DNA of 63,237 nt, the filler included, from Octopus bimaculoides (lineage: Eukaryota): the NCBI RefSeq assembly GCF_001194135.2. It is 6 parts of 6 records of this genome, joined end to end, with 100 filler letters (N's around TTAATTAATTAA, not from the genome) between each part and the next. Parts side by side here need not be neighbours in the genome. Positions count along the whole stretch, not along the records: positions 1 to 29,436 come from NC_069002.1; 5 more parts are not named here. The stretch is one strand, 5' to 3'. Positions 10,766-23,830 of this stretch are shown one piece after another. Position 1 is the stretch's first letter; each line of letters starts with the position of its first letter. A program made the position numbers and the translations under genes. The notes under the pieces were generated by a model that was not told where the DNA came from, did not search any database, and saw only the letters and a program-made list of their open reading frames with translations.

Positions 10766-12339
10766 AAATAATATTGTTTTAACGGTGGTGTTGTTGCTGG
10801 TTGATAGCTGTTACTTATACATCTCTAAGTTAGCCATNNNNNNNNNNNNNNNNNNNNNNNNNNNNNNNNNNNNNNNNNNNNNNNNNNNNNNNNNNNNNNN
10901 NNNNNNNNNNNNNNNNNNNNNNNNNNNNNNNNNNNNNNNNNNNNNNNNNNNNNNNNNNNNNNNNNNNNNNNNNNNNNNNNNNNNNNNNNNNNNNNNNNNN
11001 NNNNNNNNNNNNNNNNNNNNNNNNNNNNNNNNNNNNNNNNNNNNNNNNNNNNNNNNNNNNNNNNNNNNNNNNNNNNNNNNNNNNNNNNNNNNNNNNNNNN
11101 NNNNNNNNNNNNNNNNNNNNNNNNNNNNNNNNNNNNNNNNNNNNNNNNNNNNNNNNNNNNNNNNNNNNNNNNNNNNNNNNNNNNNNNNNNNNNNNNNNNN
11201 NNNNNNNNNNNNNNNNNNNNNNNNNNNNNNNNNNNNNNNNNNNNNNNNNNNNNNNNNNNNNNNNNNNNNNNNNNNNNNNNNNNNNNNNNNNNNNNNNNNN
11301 NNNNNNNNNNNNNNNNNNNNNNNNNNNNNNNNNNNNNNNNNNNNNNNNNNNNNNNNNNNNNNNNNNNNNNNNNNNNNNNNNNNNNNNNNNNNNNNNNNNN
11401 NNNNNNNNNNNNNNNNNNNNNNNNNNNNNNNNNNNNNNNNNNNNNNNNNNNNNNNNNNNNNNNNNNNNNNNNNNNNNNNNNNNNNNNNNNNNNNNNNNNN
11501 NNNNNNNNNNNNNNNNNNNNNNNNNNNNNNNNNNNNNNNNNNNNNNNNNNNNNNNNNNNNNNNNNNNNNNNNNNNNNNNNNNNNNNNNNNNNNNNNNNNN
11601 NNNNNNNNNNNNNNNNNNNNNNNNNNNNNNNNNNNNNNNNNNNNNNNNNNNNNNNNNNNNNNNNNNNNNNNNNNNNNNNNNNNNNNNNNNNNNNNNNNNN
11701 NNNNNNNNNNNNNNNNNNNNNNNNNNNNNNNNNNNNNNNNNNNNNNNNNNNNNNNNNNNNNNNNNNNNNNNNNNNNNNNNNNNNNNNNNNNNNNNNNNNN
11801 NNNNNNNNNNNNNNNTATATATATATATATATATATATATGTCTGTGTGTGTATTTGTATATGCATATATATGTATATATACATCGTTTGACAACGGTGT
11901 TGGTGTTTTTCTGCCCCCCTAACTAGCGGTTCGGCATAAAAGACCGTTATAATAAATATTAGACGTGGGTATGCGTGCCTGTATTGATATATGTATGCAT
12001 CCATGTATCTGTGCTTGTGTGGCTTTCATTCCTAGGTGTATTTGTCGCAACCACCGCTTGGCAACTTGTACTTAGTTCGTTGGGTTGTTTACCTCCCGTA
12101 GTTGACAGTTGTGCGAAAGGATCCAATCGTGCACGTGCCAGACTTTAAAAATAGTGGGGTCAATTTGCACAACTAAAACCTTCAAAACGATGCCCCAGAG
12201 TGGCCGCAATCCACCGACTAATACAAGTGAAAGATATATTATAACGACATACGTGCTTGAGAGTGTGTACTATTATGTCTGTATATGCCTGTGTATGTGT
12301 GCTGTTGTGTCTGTATATGCCTGTATGTGTGTGTGTGTG

Positions 12340-12545
12340 TGTTATTTCTTTACTACCCACAAGGGGCTACACACAGAGGGGACAAACAAGGACAGACAAA
12401 CGGATTAAGTCGATTATATCGATCCCAGTTCGTAACTGGTACTTATTTAATCGACCCCGAAAGGATGAAAGGCAAAGTCGACCTCGGCGGAATTTGAACT
12501 CAGAACGAAATACCGCTAAGCATTTCGCACGGCGTGCTAACGTTT
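12340..12545 (-). mobile_element. SINE family C
   Basis: Reverse complement of GTTAGCACGCCG..GAAATGCTTAGCGG..GTTCTGAGTTCAAATTCCGCCGAGGTCGACTTTGCCTTTCATCCTTTCGGGGTCGAT. Confidence 0.9.
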
Positions 12546-12902
12546 CTGTGTGTGTGGAAGCGGGTGTATGTGTCTATATGTGTGTGTTTGTGCGTGCGTG
12601 TCAGTGTTTTCTTGTTCATTATGGCGAGAAATCTTAACAATTTTCACAATGAAATCCATGTTTATGAAGGCAGATTCATAAACATTTATTTAAATGAATG
12701 CCGACAAATTTGCAATTTTTGTTTCGTTTTCAAACATAACGCACTCAAGCATTCAATGAATTCTATTTAAGACCGAACCAAAATTGCAAAATGTGCCAAA
12801 CTTGCCGTAAAAGTGTGCATGTATGCATGTGTTTGTGTATGCAACTCTCCCCCTCTCACTCTCTCTCTCTCTCTCTGCCCTCTGTCTCCCTCTCTTTCTA
12901 TA

Positions 12903-12934
<32 letters not shown>

Positions 12935-13910
12935 NNNNNNNNNNNNNNNNNNNNNNNNNNNNNNNNNNNNNNNNNNNNNNNNNNNNNNNNNNNNNNNNNN
13001 NNNNNNNNNNNNNNNNNNNNNNNNNNNNNNNNNNNNNNNNNNNNNNNNNNNNNNNNNNNNNNNNNNNNNNNNNNNNNNNNNNNNNNNNNNNNNNNNNNNN
13101 NNNNNNNNNNNNNNNNNNNNNNNNNNNNNNNNNNNNNNNNNNNNNNNNNNNNNNNNNNNNNNNNNNNNNNNNNNNNNNNNNNNNNNNNNNNNNNNNNNNN
13201 NNNNNNNNNNNNNNNNNNNNNNNNNNNNNNNNNNNNNNNNNNNNNNNNNNNNNNNNNNNNNNNNNNNNNNNNNATATACATATATATATATATTGTGTAT
13301 GTAGGTATGTATGTGTGTGCCACGAACAATGAAGGCCGCACACACACACGTGGGTGAATACGCATACACAATTACACAGTCAAAACACATTAATACTTAT
13401 ATATTGTTTTAAGTTTGTTGACACAGGCACAATAAGGTTGTTTATATTTCAACAGAATGTGTTATCAATATGTGTGTGTGTGTGTGTGTGTCTGTGTGTG
13501 TGTGTGTGTGTGTATGTATAGATATATATACAGTATATATATATATATATATAGTTCAAAAACACAATAACAAAAAAACAAAAAAACAACAAAGTGAGGA
13601 CGTGATATGGATAGTATGATTGGACGCTCAGGAAAGGAAAGAGAGAGTATATATATATATATATATGTTTTTTTCTCTATCTATATATCTACGTATCTTT
13701 CTGTACATCTGTCAGTCTGTTTATCTGTCTGTCTCTCAGTGTGTATCGTCTGTCCATCTCCTTTTGTATCCGTAAATCATACCAGTTACTGTCAACCTTT
13801 ATGATATGGAATATATTTACTTACTCTATATCCCATATTTTGTGTTGCATATCACAATACACACACTCACGCAAATATATATATAAGCACACACACACAC
13901 ATGCAAAAAA

Positions 13911-13941
<31 letters not shown>

Positions 13942-14972
13942 NNNNNNNNNNNNNNNNNNNNNNNNNNNNNNNNNNNNNNNNNNNNNNNNNNNNNNNNNNN
14001 NNNNNNNNNNNNNNNNNNNNNNNNNNNNNNNNNNNNNNNNNNNNNNNNNNNNNNNNNNNNNNNNNNNNNNNNNNNNNNNNNNNNNNNNNNNNNNNNNNNN
14101 NNNNNNNNNNNNNNNNNNNNNNNNNNNNNNNNNNNNNNNNNNNNNNNNNNNNNNNNNNNNNNNNNNNNNNNNNNNNNNNNNNNNNNNNNNNNNNNNNNNN
14201 NNNNNNNNNNNNNNNNNNNNNNNNNNNNNNNNNNNNNNNNNNNNNNNNNNNNNNNNNNNNNNNNNNNNNNNNNNNNNNNNNNNNNNNNNNNNNNNNNNNN
14301 NNNNNNNNNNNNNNNNNNNNNNNNNNNNNNNNNNNNNNNNNNNNNNNNNNNNNNNNNNNNNNNNNNNNNNNNNNNNNNNNNNNNNNNNNNNNNNNNNNNN
14401 NNNNNNNNNNNNNNNNNNNNNNNNNNNNNNNNNNNNNNNNNNNNNNNNNNNNNNNNNNNNNNNNNNNNNNNNNNNNNNNNATAGCGAGCGTAGCACCGAC
14501 AGGATAAATACAACTGAAAATGTCATGTATGTGCATGTGTGCGTGTGTGTGCGTGCGTGTGCGTGCGTGCGTGTATGTGTGCATTTCTTGATAATTTTTT
14601 TCATCAACAGAAAGTCATTATTTAAGACATGAAAGTTTGATGCATATTGCTAACCAAACTAACTGCAAATCAGAGACCTTTTTCTTTCTTTATATAAGGT
14701 AAATTGAAGTCCTTTCTTGAAGAATTTAAATTGTGGAATCATGTATAAGTGTGTATTTTTCAAATATCCTGCTTGTTAGAGAGAAGCCTTGAGAAGAAAT
14801 AAAATGGAACAGAAGCTGTCTCTGTTAATCCAATAAGTTCAGTATTCTTATGCAAAATCTCAATCAAATTCTAGAAAGGAGTTTATTTCTGTAGGTCCCC
14901 ACTAAATGCATTTTATCCTACATTTTTTAACCTACCAGCTAGATGATATTATACATGCCATTATTATATTTA

Positions 14973-15260
14973 TGAAGGCGTGTAGCATTGTGATTACGGT
15001 GCTGCAATCACGATAGTATGATCGTTGTTTCGATTCCAAGATGGGGCGGGTCGTTGGCTCTTGAGCAAAACACTTCATTTTATGTTTTCCGGTTCACTCA
15101 TCCATAAATGTGTTCCAGAAATAGTTGAGAAATTTACCCTGCGATGGACTGGTGTCCTATTCAGGTGGAAGTGTTGTAACTTCCGTCAACTGTTCGACAT
15201 GAAAGCCAGATTTATCTCTGGTTTCATGAATTCTAGAGCATATAACAGATCCTAATGTTC
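14973..15260 (+). mobile_element. tRNA-derived SINE with V-domain-like core
   Basis: Decayed A/B boxes. ACCCTGCGATGGACTGGTGTCCTATTCAGG resembles the V-SINE central domain. Confidence 0.6.
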
Positions 15261-15446
15261 CAAGAACACGAGTGCATTTTATTCCCCACTCACACATATA
15301 TATATATATAATTATCAAAGCGGACAATTTTGCAATGGCTCCATAACTACCGTCTCGGCTATAACCTTGGAGCCCTAGTAATCCGTTACAGCACTTACCT
15401 AACGTACCTAATCGTTTAGATCACCTGTGAACTAAACCCCATACTT

Positions 15447-15505
<59 letters not shown>

Positions 15506-16695
15506 TTATATAAAATTAAAATTAGGGTTCAGCAAAAATTGCTTAAGCCATGAAAAGTGGCTTAACCCCGGCTTAGATTAGTCCTAGGGGGTCATAGCAA
15601 GCCACAAGCGCCAAAAAATTAGATTCTCTGGAGTCTGTCACACGTCTACCTTTTACGGTCCGATCGATCATACACATTTTCATCTCTTTGCATATGCTTC
15701 TCTTTTCATGCACAGTCAGCCAGCCTACACACACACTCATTGAAAGCCTCACATTTGTACATCATTCAGATACACTAATGTAATCCACTCACACAATCCA
15801 CGTGTCTTTATAAATAGTTTACATATCGCCATTATACTTCACATGGTTTTATATGAACTATATATTTAAAAACACCCCATATATACACAAATTCCTTTTT
15901 ATGATAACTACTTTTCTCCTGGTCATTAATATATATGTTTATATACACATATGTGTATAATAAGTGAAGAATGAAGTATATGGTACTACATATATACTCC
16001 ATGGTTTAGAAATGTTTCGACAACGTACAGGCGACCAATCAAATATGTCTATAGATATGGATAATAACAAGGATTTTGTCATAGGCACTGTAATGTAAAT
16101 GACAAAATTGCTCCAGTGGTCATGTACGTGTGTGTTCTCATAATTGTCACATTTAACGATCTGCTTGACTGTAACAGGCAATGAGATTTTCTTTATTGAT
16201 CTGTTTTTAAATCTCTTGAAATGTAATTTTATTCGTTTAATCCATTAATTTACGAATGTGTCTATTTTAATAGCTTTTATCATAATTATTTTTAAATATT
16301 TGATTTCATTATATTATGGAATACTCCAGCAATCCTCATTACGTTCAGATTTGGACATACTTGGATTTACGAATACAACTCCTCATATGAGAATTTATGT
16401 ATGCGTATGTGCGGGCTTTTGTGTATGAATAGATGTGTGTGTTCTCTATGAACAGCATGAGTGTGTGGAGTGTGTATGAAGATATGCAAATATATACGCA
16501 TGTCTGAGTGCTTTTATGTATATTTGAGCGTATGTGCGTGTACCTATGTAGGTGTATACATTGCGTAAATGTTTCGTCATAAAACTTTAGGTCATGTAGT
16601 CTCTTAATGATTTTCTGCCAAATGAAATTGGTAAAATGCTCTGAAAAATGCTTTTGCTTTTGTTTCTCGCAAATAAATATTAGGCATTATATAGA

Positions 16696-16875
16696 TTCGA
16701 AATTCGGAGTAGATAAAACAGGGGACAACTGATGAAGGGAATATTCTTTATGTTGACTGTCTCGTTTATCTATTTGTTTCTTTCGTTGTTCGAAAAAGGG
16801 TTCGTTTTCTGTTTTTGTTTTTTATGTTCTCGTTTCTCATTGTGCCCACGTTTTTTTGATATCCTGTACCCATAT
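16696..16875 (+). mobile_element. putative PLE-associated pseudo-LTR-like repeat
   Basis: Same motif order as 7045-7091, followed by a T-rich tract ending at a TA/CA microsatellite. Confidence 0.45.
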
Positions 16876-17029
16876 ATACATGTATATATACATACATATA
16901 TATGTAGGTACGTACATATATGTATGCATATATGCATATATTTATATGTTATTTATATTATATATATATATATACTTATTGCATGTGTATATATATATAT
17001 ATATATATACATATATATACATACTTTTG

Positions 17030-17180
17030 TGTGGAAAGTAGCTGGCTTACCAACTACATGGTTCCGGGTTCAGTCCCCCAGCGTGGCAACTTGGGCGAGT
17101 GTCTTCTACTATAGCCTCGGGCCGACCAAAGCCCTGTGAGTGGATTTGGTAGACGGAAACTGAAAGAAGCCCATCGTATA
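17030..17180 (+). mobile_element. SINE family B, 5' part
   Basis: CACATGGTTCCGGGTTCAGTCCC...ACTATAGCCTCGGGCCGACCAAAGC...GGAAACTGAAAGAAGCCC. Confidence 0.88.
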
Positions 17181-17208
17181 TATATATGTATATATATATA
17201 TATATCCA

Positions 17209-17255
<47 letters not shown>

Positions 17256-17837
17256 GCGTGTGTGTGTGTGTCTGTGTATGTGAATATATATATATATATA
17301 TNNNNNNNNNNNNNNNNNNNNNNNNNNNNNNNNNNNNNNNNNNNNNNNNNNNNNNNNNNNNNNNNNNNNNNNNNNNNNNNNNNNNNNNNNNNNNNNNNNN
17401 NNNNNNNNNNNNNNNNNNNNNNNNNNNNNNNNNNNNNNNNNNNNNNNNNNNNNNNNNNNNNNNNNNNNNNNNNNNNNNNNNNNNNNNNNNNNNNNNNNNN
17501 NNNNNNNNNNNNNNNNNNNNNNNNNNNNNNNNNNNNNNNNNNNNNNNNNNNNNNNNNNNNNNNNNNNNNNNNNNNNNNNNNNNNNNNNNNNNNNNNNNNN
17601 NNNNNNNNNNNNNNNNNNNNNNNNNNNNNNNNNNNNNNNGTGGTCCTTCAATTGTAATTTTCAATCGAACTTTTGAGAATGAATTGTAATTTACTCTGTA
17701 TAAAGAAACAAAACGCGACACTTGAAGTTAGTTTGTTAAGTGGCACGCACACAACTCTCCACAATTCATTGAGTTTCGTAACTTTCTACCGAATAAAAAT
17801 AACAATTAAGTAATAAAATAATAAATTATATACTTAC

Positions 17838-18023
17838 AGGCGCAGACGTGACTATGTGGTAAGAAGCTTGCTTCCCAACCACATGCTTCCAGGTTCAGTC
17901 CCACTGTGTGCCACCTTGGTCATGTAGCTTGCACTATAGCCACGGTTCGACCAAAGCCTTGTGAGCGGATTTGGTAGACTGAAATTGAAAGAAACCCGTC
18001 TTAGATATATACATATGTGTCTG

Positions 18024-18055
<32 letters not shown>

Positions 18056-18260
18056 TGTGTGTATGTGTGTGTGTATGTGTGTGTGTGGTTGTGTCTATGT
18101 TTGTCTCCCCATCATCACTTGACAACCGATGTTGGTGTGTCTACGTCCCAGTAACTTAGCGTTTCGGTATACGAAACCGATAGAATAAGTACTAGGCTTT
18201 TAAAAAAATGTCTCGACTAAAAGGCGGTGCTCCAGCATTGACTGAAAAGAGTAAAAGAAT
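17838..18260 (+). mobile_element. SINE family B, near full length with internal (TG)n
   Basis: Head, internal microsatellite, GACAACCGATG..GGTGTGT core and GGCGGTGCTCCAGCAT tail. Confidence 0.9.
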
Positions 18261-18706
18261 AAAAGAGAGTACGCACACGCGTATACACATATACGTGAAG
18301 GCGTACATGGTTATATATACACAAAGTTATTATTCATACTTTACTCGGACTGGTCCATCTCTCGCAGGGGGGCGTAGTAACTCTCATCACAATTCGCACC
18401 CATTCTAACTCTGGGATTGCACTGCCCCCTGGTCCTATGTATTCCGATTGTAGTCTGTTTGTGGGTATATAGCAGAGTGCTTGAAATTTATCATCCTTGA
18501 CCTGTATATATATGCGTGTGTGTGTGTGTGTGTGTGTATGTGTGTGTGTGTGTGTGTACATACACATATATACATTTACATATGCATATATAACATCTTT
18601 CATCTGACTTTATATTATCTGATTTTTCTATCTTTACATCTATTTATCTAACTCCTTTACTATCTTATATATGTGTGTATATGTGTGTGTGTGTGTGTAC
18701 ACATGT

Positions 18707-19127
18707 GTGGAGGCGCAATGGCCTAGTGGTTAGGGCAGCGGACTCGCGGTCGTAGGATCGCGGTTTCGATTCCCAGAGCGGGCGTTGTGAGTGTTTATTG
18801 AGCGAAAACACCTAAAGTTCCGCAAGGCTCCGGCAGGGGATGGTGGCGAACCCTTCTGTACTCTTTCACCACAACTTTATCTCACTCTTTCATCTTGTTT
18901 CTCTTGTATCTGTATTTCATAGGGACCAGCCTTGTCACACTCTGTGTCACGCTGAATCTCCCCGAGAACTACGTTAAGGGTACACGTGTCTGTCAAGTGC
19001 TCAGCCATTTGCACGTTAATTTCACGAGCAGGCTGTTCCGTTGATCGGATCAACTGGAACCCTCGTCGTCGTAACCGACGGAGTGCCAGCCAACCAACCA
19101 ACCAACCAACCAACCAACCAACCAACC
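18707..19127 (+). mobile_element. SINE family A (full length, (CCAA)n tail)
   Basis: A and B boxes present. Body matches 3464-3853. Confidence 0.92.
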
Positions 19128-20489
19128 GTATACATGTTTATAGCTCTTACTGCATGTGTTTCTTTGTTAATCTTTTTATCGTCTGTTTGACTGTTGAGTC
19201 TGTATTTCCATGGCTCTGTATTCTTAGTGAATGGATTTGAGAATAAGAAGAATTGAAATATTTGATAATAAATCTAAGTTCATAATTAACTTTTAAAAAT
19301 GAAGAATTAATGATTAAGTATTTAAGAATTTAAACATAAAATATCAATATAATCTAAAAATATTAATGTATTTTTAATAATTATTTTCATAATTAACAAA
19401 TGAACTGGAAAATATATACATTGTGAATGCTTCAATAACGGAAAGAAGACAATTATGGTTATATGAGTTAATATGGAAATGAGAATAAATGTGAAAATTA
19501 TATTTGTAACAAAAATAATAATATAAATAGAAAATATATATAACTCAAATATAATGAGAAAATAATGAATAGACATATAACGAAGACTAGAAATAAATGT
19601 TGTATATGGAGTATATGATATGTAACGTAAATATAACATAAAATGAAACAAGGAAGTGACGGAAAATGATATGTCTAATAAAAAGTAAAGCAAATATATG
19701 CGTGTATGTATGTATGTATGTATGTATGTATGTATGTATGTATGTATGTATGTGTATGTGTGTATGCACACACACACACACACACATATGCATGATCGTA
19801 TATGCATGCATACTTTTATGTAAGACATATGTATGTATGTATTAAACTATTAGGCCTTCTAGGATGAATTTGTAGGAAATTTTTGCGTAAAATATTATTG
19901 ATCGATGTTTATTGATTTATCCAATCTGTCTCAGAAGGTAACTGTTCCCCTGTCGATGCTATCAGAACAACTCAGACTTATCTCTTATTAAATACCGTAA
20001 AATTCTGAATATAAAAGAGACATCAACAGAAAACAGATGCATAAATACAACTAGGCAGATAAATAGATATACATATATATAAAAGAAAGACAGTTAGATG
20101 GGGGAATAGCTAAATGTATCGGATCTATACATTTGTACCTGATAAGCCAGTATGTATACATAACACTATATTATAAACACTTCGATTATTAAGCTCCAAA
20201 TAATCTCAGATTTAGCAGATCTATAATCATAGGATTTCCAGCACACAGGACATTGTCATAGCTTTCATATATAATCTAATATGTCTACATTATCAATTTG
20301 ACTAAGAAATTCTGGTTTGTCGAGAGGGTGATTTGATTGACAAATAAGTCTCATGAAGATGTAGAACGTTCCACATTTCGCAAACTATTATAATTCTTTG
20401 TTGGTAGAGAAGGCTACTTTGTGTGCGTGTGTGTGTGTATGTATGTATGTGTGTGTGTGAATGTAAGTGAGTATGTACTATCTATTTTT

Positions 20490-20580
20490 TACGTGTTTCA
20501 CCAATTTGCCTGCGACCATGCCAGAGTACCGCCTTGAAGAATTTCTAGTCCAACGAAGTGTGGACTAGACGGAGTGCCAT
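20490..20580 (-). mobile_element. SINE family B 3' end
   Basis: Reverse complement of ATTCTTCAAGGCGGTACTCTGGCATGGTCGCAG. Confidence 0.6.
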
Positions 20581-20641
20581 GATATATATATATATATAAA
20601 CTACTTTCAACGTATACATATATATATACATNNNNNNNNNN

Positions 20642-20687
<46 letters not shown>

Positions 20688-21654
20688 CACACACAAATGC
20701 ACTATACACCTCTATACACACTACCTACTCAACATATACATCTAGAAATACACAAATATATAGACGCTCACAGATAAACCTATTGTGTGAAACTAAAGTG
20801 GGTGACTAGTTGCTCTGTTGTCTTGTTCACCTTTCACCTACTTCCGCAACATATTAGTGGGTTAAGTTTTCTGACCGAGTTAATCAAAAGTGAACTGACA
20901 CCATCCAGTGAGACACGGTTTCAAATCACTAACTCGCTACAAAGAGTTTATGATGCTTCAGTGGTCTCTTTATTAATTTTATCGAACCACACATCAACCG
21001 CCTTCTTTCATATACACCCATGCGCACACGCAAGCACACATTCATAAACGTACAGGCACTCATATATATACACACGTGTACACCTACACATAAGTAGGCA
21101 CACGCGTAGATGGTTATTTACACATACACATGCTCGCGTGTACCAAGCACACACATACACATTGATATATATATATATATATATATATACACCCATGCTT
21201 ATAAGCATAGCGACACTCACAATCCATACAAATATACACATAATACATATGACAGGTCGGGGTCTCCTAAGCACTGTTATAAACAACGGAAGTGAATGAG
21301 AACACCATAACTTAGTGTGTATTCGTGGCAGAGTTTTTGTGTCAATTTGTGCCAAGGGGCTTCATTCTGTTGCTTTAGCTTGGTTACCATAGGGACAGTG
21401 CCTATACTTTTTGAACAAGGAAATCCAAGAGAATGTGACGAAGTAGCTGCTCGTTATCCTCCACACACAAAAAAAAGTTCCGAAAATGCTTCCTTCATAT
21501 GAAAACGATACAGGATAAAGCGTGTGGCTTCAGAATGGGACAACTTCGAAGGAGATTGAATACTGAATTGATATGTGCTGCAGTTTTCTCTTTGTAGGAC
21601 CAGTATGGATACTTCTTGATGAGATCTCGTTCAAATGACATTAATACGTACTCA

Positions 21655-22220
21655 TGAAGGCGCATAGATCAGTAGCTGGAGCATCGGCCTCACAAACATG
21701 AGGTAGCGAGTTCGATTCTCAGACCGGGCTGGGTGTTGTGTTCTTGAGCAAGACACTATATTTCACGTTGCTCCAGTTCACTCATCTGCAGAAATTAGTT
21801 GCGACATCACTGGTGCTAAGTTGTATCAGCCTTTGCCTTTGATTTGGATAACATCTGTGGCATGGAAACGAGAGGCTGGTTTTGCATGGACGACTGCTGG
21901 TTTTCCATAAACAACCCTGCCCAGATTTGAACTTCAGAGGGGAACTTTCTTGGTGCATTCCCATGGCCATTCATGACCAAAGTGGGATCTTTACATTTTC
22001 CCCATACATCAAAACGTGTGGAGAGGTGAGGCTGGTATACATGTGTGACTACCGGTCTTCCATAAGCAACCTTACCCGGACTTGCTCCTTGAAGGGGAAC
22101 TTTCCAGGTGCAATCCTATGGTCATTTATGACCAAAGAGGGTCTTTACTCTTTACTCTATGTACATGTAATGGTGTAGAGAGTTGAGGCTTTTATGCATT
22201 GGTGACTGCTGGTCTCCCAT
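21655..22220 (+). mobile_element. tRNA-derived SINE with tandemly reiterated 3' module
   Basis: Head GAAGGCGCA...GTTCGATTCTCAGACCGGGC. The 3' module recurs at about 21868, 22018 and 22177. Confidence 0.7.
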
Positions 22221-22222
22221 GA

Positions 22223-22420
22223 AAAGGCGGTGAGCTGGCCGAAACGTTAGCACACCGGGCTAAATGCTTAGCGGTGTTTCTCCTGCCGTTACGTTCTGAG
22301 TTCAAATTCCGTCGAGGTCGATTTTGCCTTTCATCCTTTCGGAGTCGATTAAATAAATCCCAGTTATGCACTGGAGTCTATCTAATCGACTTAATTCTTT
22401 TGTTTGTCCTTGTTCGTCCC
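22223..22420 (+). mobile_element. SINE family C
   Basis: AAGGCGGTGAGCTGGCCGAAACGTTAGCAC...GTTCTGAGTTCAAATTCC...CCTTTCATCCTTTCGGAGTCGAT. Confidence 0.9.
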
Positions 22421-22461
22421 ATTTTTTTTCTCCGTGTTTTTCTCCTTGTTTTCTCCGTATT

Positions 22462-22496
22462 CTTTCTGTTGAAGAGCGTAGCTCGAAACGTTAAAG
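22462..22496 (+). ncRNA. minimal type-I hammerhead-like motif (variant core) in a PLE-like repeat (22430-22600)
   Basis: CTTT-CTGTTGA-A-GAGC(GTA)GCTC-GAA-ACGT-T-AAAG: stem I, stem II and a palindromic stem III. Core position A6 is U. Confidence 0.45.
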
Positions 22497-22797
22497 GCTT
22501 TCTGTATTCCCGAGCGTTAAACTAATACATCCTTTTGTTGTTTACACCACCTGTCCTCGTCTGTTGTTGTTTTTTTCGTAAATTCTCCCATATATATATG
22601 TATGTATATGTATATGTATATACATATAGCGATACATACATATGCGCACGCGAACACAATACACGTATGTATATNNNNNNNNNNNNNNNNNNNNNNNNNN
22701 NNNNNNNNNNNNNNNNNNNNNNNNNNNNNNNNNNNNNNATATATATATATATATATATAAAGAGAGAGAGAGAGGGAAGGAGGGAGATTGATAAGTC

Positions 22798-22830
<33 letters not shown>

Positions 22831-23299
22831 GTGTAAACATTCTACAGAGCAATTCATCTAAACAGAAGACAAAACCAAACGTACTGTCAAGAGCTCATAA
22901 AATATTTAAAGCAATAGACATTTCAGAATTTATGATTAATGACTTGAGTGACTGACAAATAATGGATTCGAAGAAAAAAATATATTATTCCACATAAGAC
23001 AAATGTAGTTTTTATCTTCAATTTCTGAGACGGTTCTTATATAGTTTTTACAGAAAAAATAAATAAATTGCGTCTTCAGCGATTGACCTAAAACAAAGAG
23101 GAATATGGCGATATTGCAAACGTATTTTTTTTTCTTTTGCTCTTCTTATTGACCTTAAAAACAGAACTTATCAAATGATTTGGAATGCGTTGACGACTTG
23201 GTCTGTGTCTAAGGATCACGAACCACAAGCATTACGAAGCTCCCATTAAGGCCTCTGAACTTTTCAACCATTATATATAAAGTAATTATTAAATATAGC

Positions 23300-23830
23300 T
23301 ATACATATAAAGGAAACGTGTTATACAAAAGATATTCCAATTTGTCGAAAATTCCAAAAACTAAGGCAAAACTACCACGAATTACTCAATAAAATTAACA
23401 TAATGTTATGCCAAAATCCAAATATACTACGGAGCTACAAAATGGAACTGTCTTATTGTATCCTGTACCAACAGTTTCGTTCAAATAATCAGGAAGGTAT
23501 TTCTATTGCTTCACTACATCAAAAATCTTCATGAACTATATACAATGAGACGTCGGTTTACGAATGTCTCTCATCAGCAGCAAATCGGCTTACGCACAAT
23601 TTTTCGAAAATAAACAAGTCTCGAGTGACCACCGAGGTTTCGAATAACGAACATGCTAGTCGGCAACAATAGTTCGTGACAAACCGGAAGTATCATTAAG
23701 AGAGTGTCAGTTGCTGTTTAGCTTTCGCTCAGTACATATCTCCTGTTGGAATATGCCGTGGCTTGTCTTGAATTTTCTAAGAGAAAAATAGTTTCGGTTT
23801 ACAAACAATTTAGGTGACAGCAACGTTCAA
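23300..23830 (+). pseudogene. possible heavily decayed Penelope-like GIY-YIG region
   Basis: Frameshifted pieces VSFK*SGRYF..CFTTSK and LRMSL/HQQQI resemble the PLE pre-EN and EN segments. Weak. Confidence 0.3.
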
